DNA of 64,000 bases from Eledone cirrhosa (GCA_964016885.1 CAXHJY010001283.1:1-64000); one strand, 5' to 3'. Positions 1 through 16,105 are shown, numbered from the stretch's first letter. The notes: generated by a model not told the origin, from the letters alone. Numbers and translations are program-made.

Positions 1-114
1 CCCCTGCATATCTTTCCTTCTCTCTCCATCTTCCCTACTTTTCTCTCTTCCTGTTCCACTCTATCTTCCCCAACAACCCCACTTAAGGGTTTTTACATTG
101 TATATTTACCATTC

Positions 115-226
115 TGCTCTGAGGAAACAGTGGTCACAGCATTGGATATTCGAGTTCTGCAAATACTTGTGAATTTGCACGTAGCGGAACTAGGCTGCAG
201 TACCACCGTGGAAACACTTGTAAGCA
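115..226 (+). ncRNA. Type I hammerhead ribozyme motif with extended stem II (probable Penelope-like terminal repeat)
   Basis: Stem I TGCT/AGCA, core CTGAGGA (119-125), stem II ACAGTGGT/ACCACCGT, GAAAC (211-215), short stem III, GTA cleavage triplet, then AATAAA at 232. Confidence 0.75.
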
Positions 227-276
227 CACGGAATAAACTACCTTTTTATGATGTCTACCTGTTATTATTCATTCTT

Positions 277-1420
<1,144 letters not shown>

Positions 1421-2620
1421 CCCCTTCTGGGAAATGGTCGTGCTCGGTGTGTAGGAAAGGAGTAGGCAGAAACTCCATTTTATGTCCCAAATGCAAAGTA
1501 TGGGTGCATAAAAGATGTAGTGGGATCGCAGGTAAGCTAACTAAGAATATAGATTTTATATGTGGCCGGTGCTCTGGTGCAATAAGTAGCAGCAAGTGCC
1601 CACAAACTACTAGCTCTTTCAATTGCGCAGAGGGTTCTATAGAAATAGTGGACAGCTTCCGTTACCTGGGCGATAAAATCAGCAGTGGGGGAGGGTGCTC
1701 TGAAAGTACTGTAGCTAGAGTCAGAACTGGTTGGAAAAAGTTCAGAGAGCTTATACCACTATTAGCTGCTAAAGGGTTCTCACTAAAAATGAAAGGCAGG
1801 TTGTACGATGCCTGCATACGAACAGCAATGCTGCATGGCAGTGAGACCTGGGCATTGTGTGCAGAGGATATACGCAGACTAGAGAGGAACGAAGCTTGCA
1901 TGCTCCGCTGGATGTGTAACAATAATATACGTGAACGGCAAAGCATAAACGAACTAAGGAATAAATTAGAGATAAGAGGGATCAGATGTTGTTTACTCGA
2001 GAGAAGGCTACGTTGGTATGGACACGTGATGCGCATGAAAGTCGATAGCTGTATAACAAAGTGCAGGGCAATAAAGATAGACGGTAGTCACGGAATAGGC
2101 AGACCTAGAAAAACCTGGGACGAGCTGATAAACTCCGACATCACACACTTACACCTCTCCAAGACAATGTCACTGGACCGAGACCTTTGGCGGTACTCAG
2201 TAACAGAGAAGACCCGCCTTACCTAAATATATAGTAAAACCTACTCCAGCCAGTAGGCATCTCTAACAAATACACCCCGTCCCACCACCCCCACCCGATC
2301 CACACCACCCCGTTCTATGTAAAGTTATGTTGGTGCCGCGCCATCGAGGCCGAAACAAATGAGATCGTGTAGGTGTCACGACAAAAAAACACACAGTCCA
2401 CGCTGTAATGTGGCCGTGTAGGCAACACGGTAAAAAACCTCCCAGACCCACACTGTAAATGTGGTTGGTGTTAGGAAGGGCATCCAACTGTAGAAAACCT
2501 GCCAGACAGTCCTATGCGAGCAAGACAATCACTCTTGCCTCAAGTGGGACTACCCCCGTCCAAACCCATGCAAGCGTGGAACACGGACGTTAAACGCTGA
2601 TGATGATGATGATGATGATG
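1421..2620 (+). mobile_element. 5'-truncated RTE-clade LINE (family A): C4HC3 finger, RT C-terminus, 3' UTR, (GAT)n tail
   Basis: Open frame [15 protein letters not shown]...MLHGSETW...[11 protein letters not shown]...GRPRKTW; ends in gatgatgat. Confidence 0.92.
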
Positions 2621-2644
2621 ATATATATATACATATATATATAC

Positions 2645-2693
<49 letters not shown>

Positions 2694-2694
2694 C

Positions 2695-2725
<31 letters not shown>

Positions 2726-2774
2726 CATATATATATACATATATATATACATATATGTACATATATATATATAC

Positions 2775-2823
<49 letters not shown>

Positions 2824-2832
2824 CATATATAC

Positions 2833-2873
<41 letters not shown>

Positions 2874-3034
2874 CATATATGTACATATATATATATCCAT
2901 ATATATATATATATATATCCATATATATATATATCCATATATACATATATATATATATACATATACATATATATATATATATATACATATATACATATAT
3001 ATATATATATACATATATACATATATATATATAT

Positions 3035-3067
<33 letters not shown>

Positions 3068-3142
3068 TATATATACATATATACATATATACATATATAC
3101 ATATATACACATATATATATATATACATATATACATATATAC

Positions 3143-3174
<32 letters not shown>

Positions 3175-3182
3175 ATATACAC

Positions 3183-3229
<47 letters not shown>

Positions 3230-3684
3230 CACATACATATATATACACATACATATATATACACATATATATATATACATACATATATATATATACACAT
3301 ACATATATATATACACATATATATACACACATATATATACATATACATATATATACATACACATATATATATATACATATATATATATACACATATACAT
3401 ATACATATATATACATATACATATATATACATATACATATATATACATATACATATATATACACATATATATACATATATACATATACATATATATACAT
3501 ATACATATATATACATATATACATATATATATATATACATACATATATATACATATATATATATATACATATATATACATATATATATATATACATATAT
3601 ATACATATATATATATATACATATATATACATATATATATATATACATACATATATATATATATACATAAATATATATATATAC

Positions 3685-4428
<744 letters not shown>

Positions 4429-4431
4429 TAA

Positions 4432-4503
<72 letters not shown>

Positions 4504-4516
4504 CATATATATATAC

Positions 4517-4793
<277 letters not shown>

Positions 4794-4794
4794 C

Positions 4795-4851
<57 letters not shown>

Positions 4852-4888
4852 CATATATATATACATATATATATATATACATATATAC

Positions 4889-4919
<31 letters not shown>

Positions 4920-4928
4920 CATATATAC

Positions 4929-5001
<73 letters not shown>

Positions 5002-5017
5002 TTATACATATATATAC

Positions 5018-5116
<99 letters not shown>

Positions 5117-5155
5117 CATACATATATACATATACATATATACATATATATATAC

Positions 5156-5186
<31 letters not shown>

Positions 5187-5209
5187 CATATATATATACA
5201 TATATATAC

Positions 5210-5240
<31 letters not shown>

Positions 5241-5341
5241 CATATATATACATATATATATATATACATATATATACATATATACATATATATACATATA
5301 TACATATATATACATATATATATATATACATATATATATAC

Positions 5342-5372
<31 letters not shown>

Positions 5373-5437
5373 CATATATATACATATATATACATATATA
5401 TATATACATATACATATATATACATATATATATATAC

Positions 5438-5484
<47 letters not shown>

Positions 5485-5683
5485 CATATATATATACATA
5501 TATATATATACATATATACACATATATACATATATATATACATATACATATATACATATATACACATATATACATATATATATATATATACATATATACA
5601 TATATATACATATATATATATATATACATATATATACATATATATATATATATACATATATATACATATATACATATATATAC

Positions 5684-5846
<163 letters not shown>

Positions 5847-5847
5847 C

Positions 5848-5907
<60 letters not shown>

Positions 5908-5908
5908 C

Positions 5909-5976
<68 letters not shown>

Positions 5977-6141
5977 TATAGTATTAGTTATACTATTTAT
6001 GGTTATGTAAACACAAAACCTTAAGCAGTTGTAAGTATTTTACACACACCCTAAATAGTGGTAGGCAGTAATGTATTACTACCTTATTACCAGTAAGTTA
6101 AGTAGCTCAATGTAAAAACATCAGATGATTTACAGAGCAGT

Positions 6142-6449
6142 TATATGAAATATAAGAATCAAAGAACTGTTCAAAACATTATTGTGCTTACAGCTGTTTC
6201 CTCCAAACCGAGGTTTGGATTCTTCGGAGCAATTTATTAATGTATGGACAGTTATATGACCTCCTTTTCACCAAGAGACATACCAATACATATTCAATAT
6301 GTATTGGTATGTCTCTCGGCTGAAAAGGAGGTCATATAACTGTCCATGCATTAATAAATTGCTCCGAAGAATCCAAACCTCGGTTTGGAGGAAGCAGCTG
6401 TAAGCACAATAATGTTTTGAACAGTTCTTTGATTCTTATATTTCATATA
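6142..6449. repeat. 308-bp near-perfect palindrome carrying two inverted hammerhead motifs
   Basis: Arms of about 153 bp around a single C at 6295, with one indel and few mismatches. Hammerhead motifs at 6185-6231 (-) and 6360-6406 (+). Confidence 0.95.
6185..6231 (-). ncRNA. Minimal hammerhead ribozyme motif, variant core CCGAAGA
   Basis: Minus strand reads TGCT-CCGAAGA-A-TCCAAAC-CTCG-GTTTGGA-G-GAAA-CAGCTG-TA-AGCA. Palindromic stem III as in Penelope minimal hammerheads. Confidence 0.7.
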
Positions 6450-6549
6450 TTTCATACATATACATATATATATACATATACATCTATACATCTATATATA
6501 TACATATACATCTATATATATACATATACATCTATATATATACATATAC

Positions 6550-6580
<31 letters not shown>

Positions 6581-6936
6581 CACACATATATATATACATA
6601 CATATACATATATACATATACATATATATACATATACATACATCTATATATATATATATACATCTACATACATATACATCTATATATATATATACATCTA
6701 TATATATATATACATATATATATATATACATCTATATATATATATATACATCTATATATATATATATACATCTATATATATATATATACATCTATATATA
6801 TATATATACATCTATATATATATATATATATATATACATCTATATATATATATATATATATATACATCTATATATATATATATATACATCTATATATATA
6901 TATATATACATCTATATATATATATATACATATATA

Positions 6937-8547
6937 GGTTCCCTGCTTGTGTCTTGAAGGCGTGTCAACACCAACTTGCTTCTCCTCTTGCCAATCTGTG
7001 GCGGAACTCACTGGATGCTGGATATGTGCCAGAAAACCTTCTATCCCAGTCTGTTGTCCCAGTTTTCAAAAAGGGAAACAAATCCCTTGCCGTGAATTAC
7101 CGTCCAATCTCACTCACCTCTCATATCATTAAGGTATTTGAGCGAGTGGTGAGATCGCGAATGACCCACTTCCTTGAGAGTAACAATATGCTGAACTCCA
7201 ACCAGCATGGATTCCGTAATGGAAGGGATTGCCTGACGCAACTACTGCATCACTTTGATGACATTTTGAGAGCCTTGGGAGAGGGTTCCAACACTGATGT
7301 TATCTACCTTGATTTCAGCAAGGCCTTTGACAGGGTTGATCATAACATTCTACTGAGAAAGCTGTCCAATATTGGTGTCACTGGAAAGCTGCTGCAGTGG
7401 ATCAAGAGCTTCCTGTCAAACAGAACCCAACATGTTGTAGTTGAGGGAGTCAAGTCAAGCCCAGCCAAGGTCAGTAGTGGAGTCCCACAAGGCACTGTGT
7501 TGGGCCCACTTCTCTTCATCATCTATATTAATGACATCACTGACATCATCAAACACAGCAACATTAAAATTTTCGCTGATGATTCCAAGCTCCAAAAGGT
7601 CATCAATGGCGTGGATGACCGGATTAAGCCTTCAGTCAGACCTACTGGCTGTTACCCAATGGGCAGAAAAGAACAACATGTTACTGAACGAAGACAAATT
7701 CGAACTGATCCACTTTGGAAAAGAGGATGCTCTGAAACTCCCGTACTCCCTTCCCTCCGGGGAAACTCTCGTGGCATCTAACAACATCAGAGACTTGGGA
7801 GTAACCGTGGACAGCAACATAAGCTGGACCACGCATATAAGCAGCAAAGTTGACATGGCCCGCAGAATGTGTTCCTGGATCCTCAGAACCTTCCAGTCGA
7901 GAGATTCCCGCACCATTATCCTTCTCTTCTCTACTTTCGCCCGACCACACCTTGAATACTGTTGTCCACTGTGGTCTCCCCACACGAAACAAAGTATCAT
8001 GAAACTTGAAGCTCCTCAAAGGGCAATCACGAAAAAGATAGATGGCATGTCAGACCTTGACTACTGGGGTCGATTGGAAAACCTGAAACTTTACTCACTC
8101 CAACGTCGCCGTGAGCGTTATATTATCTGCATGATGTGGAAAATGTTCCATCATCACTGCCCAAATGATGTTGGCATCGCCTTCAAGATACACCCAAGGC
8201 TTGGGCCCCGTGCTATCCGTCCCATTCAAAAATCTAAATCGCAACTCATAACAACAATACGGCACAATTATTTCACCTCAATCGGCCCTGCTCTCTTCAA
8301 CATCACACCAGGACACGTCAAAACAGAAACTGACCACACAAAATTCAAGAAGTCTTTGGACAAATTCCTCCAAGTAATCCCGGACAAACCACCCACACCC
8401 GGATATGTCTCCGCAAACAGTAATTCTCTTCTCGAATGGGCCATGGTGCCCAAATCCTGAATTGAAAGACTTCGCCAGGTGGTGCTATTAAGTTAGACAT
8501 GGCCTGGGCCAATACTGGCCAAAACATTTCAAAGTTATTCAAAGTTA
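6937..8547 (+). mobile_element. 5'-truncated CR1-clade LINE (RT and C-terminus) inserted in a (TA)n tract
   Basis: [37 protein letters not shown] and RPHLEYCCPLWSP motifs. One frameshift near 7625. Tandem ttcaaagtta tail. Confidence 0.93.
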
Positions 8548-8783
8548 TATATATATATATATATACATCTATATATATATATATATATATATAAATATAT
8601 ACATCTATATATATATATATATACATCTATATATATATATATATACATCTATATATATATATATATATATATAAATATATACATCTATATATATATATAT
8701 ATACATCTATATATATATATATATATACATCTATATATATATATATATATATATATACATCTATATATATATATATATATACA

Positions 8784-8821
<38 letters not shown>

Positions 8822-9297
8822 TATACATCTATATATATATATATATACATCTATATATATATATATATATATATATAAATATATACATCTATATATATAT
8901 ATATATACATCTATATATATATATATATATATATATACATCTATATATATATATATATATACATCTATATATATATATATATATACATCTATATATATAT
9001 ATATATATACATCTATATATATATATATATATACATCTATATATTTATATATATATATACATCTATATATATATATATATATATATACATCTATATATAT
9101 ATATATATATACATCTATATATATATATATATATATATACATCTATATATATATATATATATATATACATCTATATATATATATATATATATATACATCT
9201 ATATATATATATATATATATATACATCTATATATATATATATATATATTTACATATATATATATATATATATATATACATCTATATATATATATACA

Positions 9298-9341
<44 letters not shown>

Positions 9342-9357
9342 TATATATATATATACA

Positions 9358-9401
<44 letters not shown>

Positions 9402-9429
9402 TATATATATATATATATATATATATACA

Positions 9430-9467
<38 letters not shown>

Positions 9468-9489
9468 TATATATATATATATATATACA

Positions 9490-9525
<36 letters not shown>

Positions 9526-9588
9526 TATAATATATATACATATATATATACATCTATATATATATATACATATATATATATACATCTA

Positions 9589-9619
<31 letters not shown>

Positions 9620-9671
9620 GTATATATATACATATATATGTATATATATATGTATATATGGAGGCATAGAT

Positions 9672-10015
9672 GGAGGCACATGGCTTAGTGGTTAGAGCAT
9701 TGGCCTTGCAATCAAAAGGTTGTGAGTTCAATTCTCAGACCGGGTGATGTGTTGTTTCCTTGAGCAAGACACTTTATTTCACATTGCTCCAGTTTACTCA
9801 GCTGTAGAAATGAGATGATAGGGACTGAGGTCCATATCATTCCACTGCAAAGTGGTCGTGGTGGTGCCACGGCAAAAAAGCACCCAGCACTCACTGTAAA
9901 TGAGGTTGGTGTTAGGAAGGGCATCCAGCTGTAGAAATCAAGCCAGAATCAGTTCCCGTCCCACCCTTGCAAGCAGGGATAAAGCGGACATAAAATGAAA
10001 AATGAAATGATGAAA
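9672..10015 (+). mobile_element. tRNA-derived SINE with CORE-like central domain and RTE-derived tail
   Basis: A box TGGCTTAGTGG, B box GTTCAATTC, ccttgagcaagacacttta motif. Near-identical copy at 48795-49140. Confidence 0.85.
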
Positions 10016-10026
10016 TGAATATATCT

Positions 10027-10440
10027 ATCTAAGGCAGGTAAAATTCCCGAGATCCATGGACGAGTTCTCTCCAGCGGTCTCTGTCCCTCATTATCGCTGC
10101 CATATCCTGCATCTCCAACAGACCAGTGTCTGTCCTTAGGGCATCAACATATGTTAACCTTGGTCTTCTTCTTCTAGTGTGTCCATGTAGGGGCTCCCAA
10201 AGGAGCACTGACTGCAATGTCAACTCTGGATGTCAGTGAGCATGTCCAGCTAACCTCAGTCTCCTCTGTGCTACTTTCGAACTGACTTTTGGGATGCTCC
10301 CATACAGCTCTGAGTTTTTCATCCTCAGTGTATACTGATTAATGTTCAGAGCCATCCTCAGCATTCTCGTGTAGGACCCATCCACCATCTGAGTGAGTCT
10401 CTTGGTCAGTGTCCAAGTCTCAGACCCGTGCAGCAATGAA
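10027..10440 (-). mobile_element. RTE-clade LINE family C, 3' fragment
   Basis: [14 protein letters not shown]...RRLRLAGH...GRPRLTYVD. Copies at 15732-16105, 31006-31436 and 46452-46890. Confidence 0.88.
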
Positions 10441-10497
10441 GAGATGTATATATATATATGTATATATATATATATAATATATATATATATGTATATA

Positions 10498-10585
<88 letters not shown>

Positions 10586-10586
10586 C

Positions 10587-10637
<51 letters not shown>

Positions 10638-10643
10638 TACATC

Positions 10644-10676
<33 letters not shown>

Positions 10677-10772
10677 GTATATATATATGTATATATATAT
10701 GTATATATGTATATATAATATATATATATATAATATATATATATATATATAATATATATATATATGTATATA

Positions 10773-10853
<81 letters not shown>

Positions 10854-10869
10854 GTATATATATATATAC

Positions 10870-10912
<43 letters not shown>

Positions 10913-11711
10913 GTGAAAGCAACTGGTGCGTGTGTTTCTTATTGGCAACATGACCCTCCCAAAGTATAACAATATCGGTTTCAACACACGATTTCAGATA
11001 AAGAATCTTGCTAAACAAATTCAGAAACGAAATATATATATACATATATATATACACATATATATATACATATATATATATATACATTTATATATATACA
11101 TATATATATGTATATATATACATATATATATTTCTATATAAACGTATATATATATATAAACGTATATATATATAAACGTTTATATATAAACGTTTATATA
11201 TAAACGTATATATATAAACGTATATATATATATAAACATATATATAAACATATATATATATATAAACGTATATATATATATAAACATATATATAAACATA
11301 TATATATATATAAACGTATATATATATATAAACGTATATATATATATAAACGTATATATATATATATATATATATACGTATATATATATATATATATATA
11401 TACGTATATATATATATATATATACGTATATATATATATATATATATACGTATAATATATACGTATATATATATACGTATATATATATATATGTACGTAT
11501 ATATATATATATGTATATATATATATGTATATATATATATATGTATATATATATATGTATATATATATATGTATATATATATATGTATATATATATATGT
11601 ATATATATATGTATATATATATATGTATATATATATATGTATATATATATATATGTATATATATATATGTATATATATATATGTATATATACATATGTAT
11701 ATATATATATG

Positions 11712-11742
<31 letters not shown>

Positions 11743-11749
11743 GTATATA

Positions 11750-11800
<51 letters not shown>

Positions 11801-12116
11801 GATAACCCTCCCTTGTGAATATATCATAGAACAGACAAGGGGAAGACGGAGGCTCTGTAAGCCGTAATGTAGGCAACTCGTCTAGGAGAGCTACAACTCC
11901 GAATAATTTGGTGCGGCGGGGTAGAGAAGTCCCCTAAGTCCAGTAAGACAACTTCGCTAGTGCTGGTGGCACGAATAAAAGCATCCAGTCCATGCTGTAA
12001 AATGAAGGGGTAGATAGGGCCCCTGAATCCAGTAAGACACCCTCTCTAGTGCTGGTGTTAGGAAGGGTATCCAACTAGTATAATAAATGCCAAAATTATG
12101 AGCACAACAAATAAGA

Positions 12117-12158
<42 letters not shown>

Positions 12159-12364
12159 ATAGATAGAAATAAACACACAAAGAAGTGACAGAGAGGAATA
12201 GAAAAATCTAAAGCAATGCAATAAAAACAAACTAAATGGAAGCAAACTACATTTAGAATAGCACATGTCAACCTAAGCATAAAGCAAGACTATGTTACAA
12301 AAATTAGAAATCAAATCCAGGTTCACCTGCAATGTATACATATATACATACACACACATATATA

Positions 12365-13458
12365 CTTGTCTAAGACTAAAGTTCTAGTATGTAGAAAGGA
12401 AAATAGAGCACAGGTACCCTCTGGGAAATGGCCATGCTCACTGTGTAAGAAAATAGTAGGTAGAAACTCCATATGTCCCAAATGCAAACTATGTATACAT
12501 AAAAGATGTAGTGGGATCACAGGTAAGCTATCTAAGAATGTAGATTTTATATGTGGCCGATGCTCAGGTGCAATAAGTAGCAGGTGCCCACAGGATACTA
12601 GCTCCTTCTGATGGTTCTATAGAAATAGTAGGCGCTTTCCATTACCTGGGGGACAAAATCAGCAGTGGAGGAAGGTGTTCTGAAAGTACAGTAGCCAGAG
12701 TTAGAACGAGATGGAAAAAGTTCAGAGAGCTAATACCGCTGTTGGCCACAAGGGTTTTTTCTCTAAAAGTGAAAGGCAGATTGTATGATGCTTGTATACG
12801 AACAGAGATATTACATGGTAGTGAGACATGGGCATTGTGTGGTGAAGACTTGCGTAGATTAGAAAGAAATGAAGCTTGCATGCTCTGATAGATGTGTAAT
12901 AGTAATATACGCGAACAGCGAAGCATAAAAGAATTGAGAAACAGACTAAGCACAAGAGGTATCAAATGTGTTCTGTAGAGGAGATTACGTTGGTATGGAC
13001 ATGTGATGGGTCTGAAGGATGACAGCTGTATAAAAAAGTGCAGAGCAATGAAAATTGATGGAAGCTATGGAGTGGGTAGACCAAGAAAAATCTGGGATGA
13101 GGTGATAAAAACCTGACCTTGCCCACTTACACCTCTCTAGGACAATGACACTGCATCGAGATCTTTGGCACCATGCAGTTGTACAGAAGACCTGCCTTCC
13201 CTTACGTTCGAAGTTAAATCTACAGTCAGTAGGCACTACTTAACCCAATTTACACCCCATCCTCCCATTTCCATTCCGTCCATTGTGTTGACACAACAGT
13301 CCACAGTATAAATGTGGTGGGTGTTAGGAAGGGCAACCAGCTGTAAAAAACTGCCAGAGACATTTCCGTACGAGTGAGACACGGTCTCCCGACCATTCCC
13401 GCATCAAATGGAACAAAACTGTCTAACCGATGCTAGCAATGATGACAATGATGATGAT
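12365..13458 (+). mobile_element. Degenerate RTE family A 3' fragment
   Basis: Same motifs as 1421-2620, with stops and frameshifts; (GAT)n tail. Confidence 0.88.
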
Positions 13459-13637
13459 ACATATATATAATAATACAAGGACAATTTGTTAGGCCTTCAT
13501 TATGTTTATTGATTGGTGACATACGTTTTGCTATTGATCAGTTCAACAAATCGTCCTTGTATTATTATATTACACTGTCTAGCTCTACACCTCAATACTG
13601 ATGTGAACCTACAGTAACTTCATGTTACACTACCTGG

Positions 13638-13670
<33 letters not shown>

Positions 13671-13706
13671 ACCAGTACATTGTTATGTTTTTCTGTTCAA
13701 TTTCTA

Positions 13707-13765
13707 GCTATCTGATGAGGCCATAGCTGTTGTATAATGGTTATCACCGAAATATATATAACAGC
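13707..13765 (+). ncRNA. Minimal hammerhead ribozyme motif
   Basis: GCTAT-CTGATGA-GG-CC-ATAGCTGTT-GTAT-AATGGTTAT-CA-CC-GAAA-TATATA-TA-ACAGC, followed by AATAAA. One mismatch in stem I. Confidence 0.7.
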
Positions 13766-13821
13766 GACTATAAATAAACAAAGTTAATTTTAACCTGTTG
13801 ACTTACACTTGTTTACCACAA

Positions 13822-14370
13822 TCACCATCACCATTTTACATCCGCTTTTCCTTGCTTGCAAGGTCCGGGTAGGTCCTATTCAGCACAGCATCTCTCCATT
13901 TGTCACAGTCCTTCGTCATCTCCACCGTGAGTTTCAGCGATCTGAGATCAGCTCTCACCACCTCCGCCCATGTTTTTCGTGGTCTTCATCTACTGCGTCT
14001 TCCTTCCACTGGCATTTCTTGGTACTTCTTTACCCAGCGGTTATCCTCCATGTGCATCACATGTCCATACCATAGCAGTCTTCTCTCCCGCAAACCACAT
14101 CTTATCCCTCTTATACACAGTTTCTCTCTCAACACAGCACATGTCCATACCATCTCAGTCTTCTCTCCCACACACTACAACTTATCCCTCTTATACACAG
14201 TTTCTCTCTCAACACATCCATGCTTGGTCGTTCACGTACATTGACATTGAACATCCAACGGAGCATACTTGCTTCATTTCTCTCCAGCCGTCACATATCC
14301 TCTGCAGTTGCTGCCCATGTCTCACTACCATGCAGCATCGCGCATTTCACACAGGTACATATAACCGTCC
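13822..14370 (-). mobile_element. RTE family B 3' fragment with internal duplication
   Basis: RERRLLWYGHVMHMED...EMPVEGRR; about 90 bp is locally duplicated. Confidence 0.85.
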
Positions 14371-14493
14371 TTTATATATATATATATATCTATATATATA
14401 CTCATACAAGTGAACATCAATGCTATTGTAAAGTTAAGCCAGTGCAGAAATTACAGAAGAAAAGAATAATAATATTAATAATTGCTTCTACTT

Positions 14494-14686
14494 TAGGCAC
14501 AAGGCCAGCAATTACCCAGTACATTACTGGTTCTTTATTTTATCGACCCCGTAAGGATGAAAGGCAAAGTTAACCTCGACGGGATTTGAACTCAGACCGT
14601 AAAGGGACGTAACTATGCTGGAAAGCATGGCGTCCGACTCTCTACCGATACTGCCAATCCACCGCCCTACTTTTGGCACAAGGCCA
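14494..14686 (-). mobile_element. tRNA-derived SINE with Nin/Deu-like central domain
   Basis: Minus strand has tggcagtatcgg and gagttcaaatcc boxes plus gcctttcatccttacggggtcgataaaataaag. Second copy at 52418-52578. Confidence 0.75.
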
Positions 14687-15640
14687 ACAACTACCCCAGT
14701 GTATTACTGGTACTTAATACTAAACTTTATAATAATAAAAACGCTGATATACATTGTTACAAGTAGTGGAAGCTGTTACTGATTTAAAAAACAGAGACAT
14801 GCACAAGTGTTTGTCATTATTATCATCACTATTATGTAAGAATCTTTGTTAAGTTCCAAACACCCCTGTTCTGTGACTTAAATAACAGAGACATGCACAT
14901 AGAAAGAGTTAACCTCCTTCGCAAGGTGGGGACATAACTACACCTCTCCTACTGCAGAGGATGAAGGGGTGGAGCCAGAGCTAGCTGTAATAGTGCATAT
15001 TGAAATAGAAGCCGTGAAACAAACAGTGTGTGTGTGTGTGTACACACACACATACATAATTCGTTTTTGAATTTGTTTTGTGAGATTTCTTATCTGAAAC
15101 CGTGTGTTGAAACAGATTCTGTTATACTTTGGGAGGGTCATGTTGCCAATAAAAACACACACCTGTTGGTTTTCACTCCATTTTATTACAAAAACAAGAT
15201 GGTGTAAAACAGAACAAAGGAAAGATGCAAAACAAAAACCTAGTCACTGAGAAGGTCACAGAATGTGTGATGAAAGAGCTTTGATAATATATAAACAACC
15301 TTCCGGTTACCAAACCAACCAACCGGAAATTTATAATAAATTGAAGTGAAAACCAACATGTGCGTGTGTTTCTATTGGTAGTATATAGCCCTCCCAAAAT
15401 TACAATATATATATATATATATATATACAACAATATATATATATATATGCTTCGTTTTTGAATTTGTTTTGCAAAATTTTTTATCTGAAAACATTTGTTT
15501 TTATGTATTTAATTATGTGTTTACTTGTCACTAGTTAGTTGTTCGTTCTATCTGTGTGTCTGATTTGTTTTGTTAGTTTGGTTTTTGTATGTGTCTGTAT
15601 GCTTTCATTTTGTCCTTAATTACTAGTGATGTTGCTATCC

Positions 15641-16105
15641 CATCCAGCATCTGAGTGAGTTTCTTTATCAGAGTCCAAGTCTCAGACTCGTACAGCAGCA
15701 CAGACTCCACTGTAGCAACGAAGAAACGGATCACTCCAATGGTGGATGGTTGCTACACGAGAATGCTGAGGATGGCTCTGAACATTAATCAGTATACACT
15801 GAGGATGAAGAACTCAGAGTTGTATGGGAGCCTCCCAAAAGTCAGTTCGAAAGTAGCACAGAGGAGACTGAGGTTAGCTGGACATGCTCACTGACATCCA
15901 GAGTTGACATTGCAGTCAGTGCTCCTGTGGGAGCCCCTGCATGGACACACTAGAAGAGGAAGACCAAGGTTAACATCTGTTGATGCCCTAAGGACAGACA
16001 CTGGTCTGTTGGAGATGCAGGACATGGCAGCGATAATGAGGGACGGAGACCACTGGAGAGAACTTGTCCATGGATCTCGGCAGTTTTACCCGCCCTAGAT
16101 AGATA
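15641..16105 (+). mobile_element. RTE family C insertion with 5' inversion and 15-bp TSD
   Basis: 15641-15730 is antisense and 15732-16105 is sense. TSD gatgttgctat(c/t)cca at 15628-15642 and 16106-16120. Confidence 0.85.

Noticed and set aside
9672-9750. tRNA gene
   Set aside because: A and B boxes are present, but no complete cloverleaf was seen and it continues into a SINE body found twice in the window.
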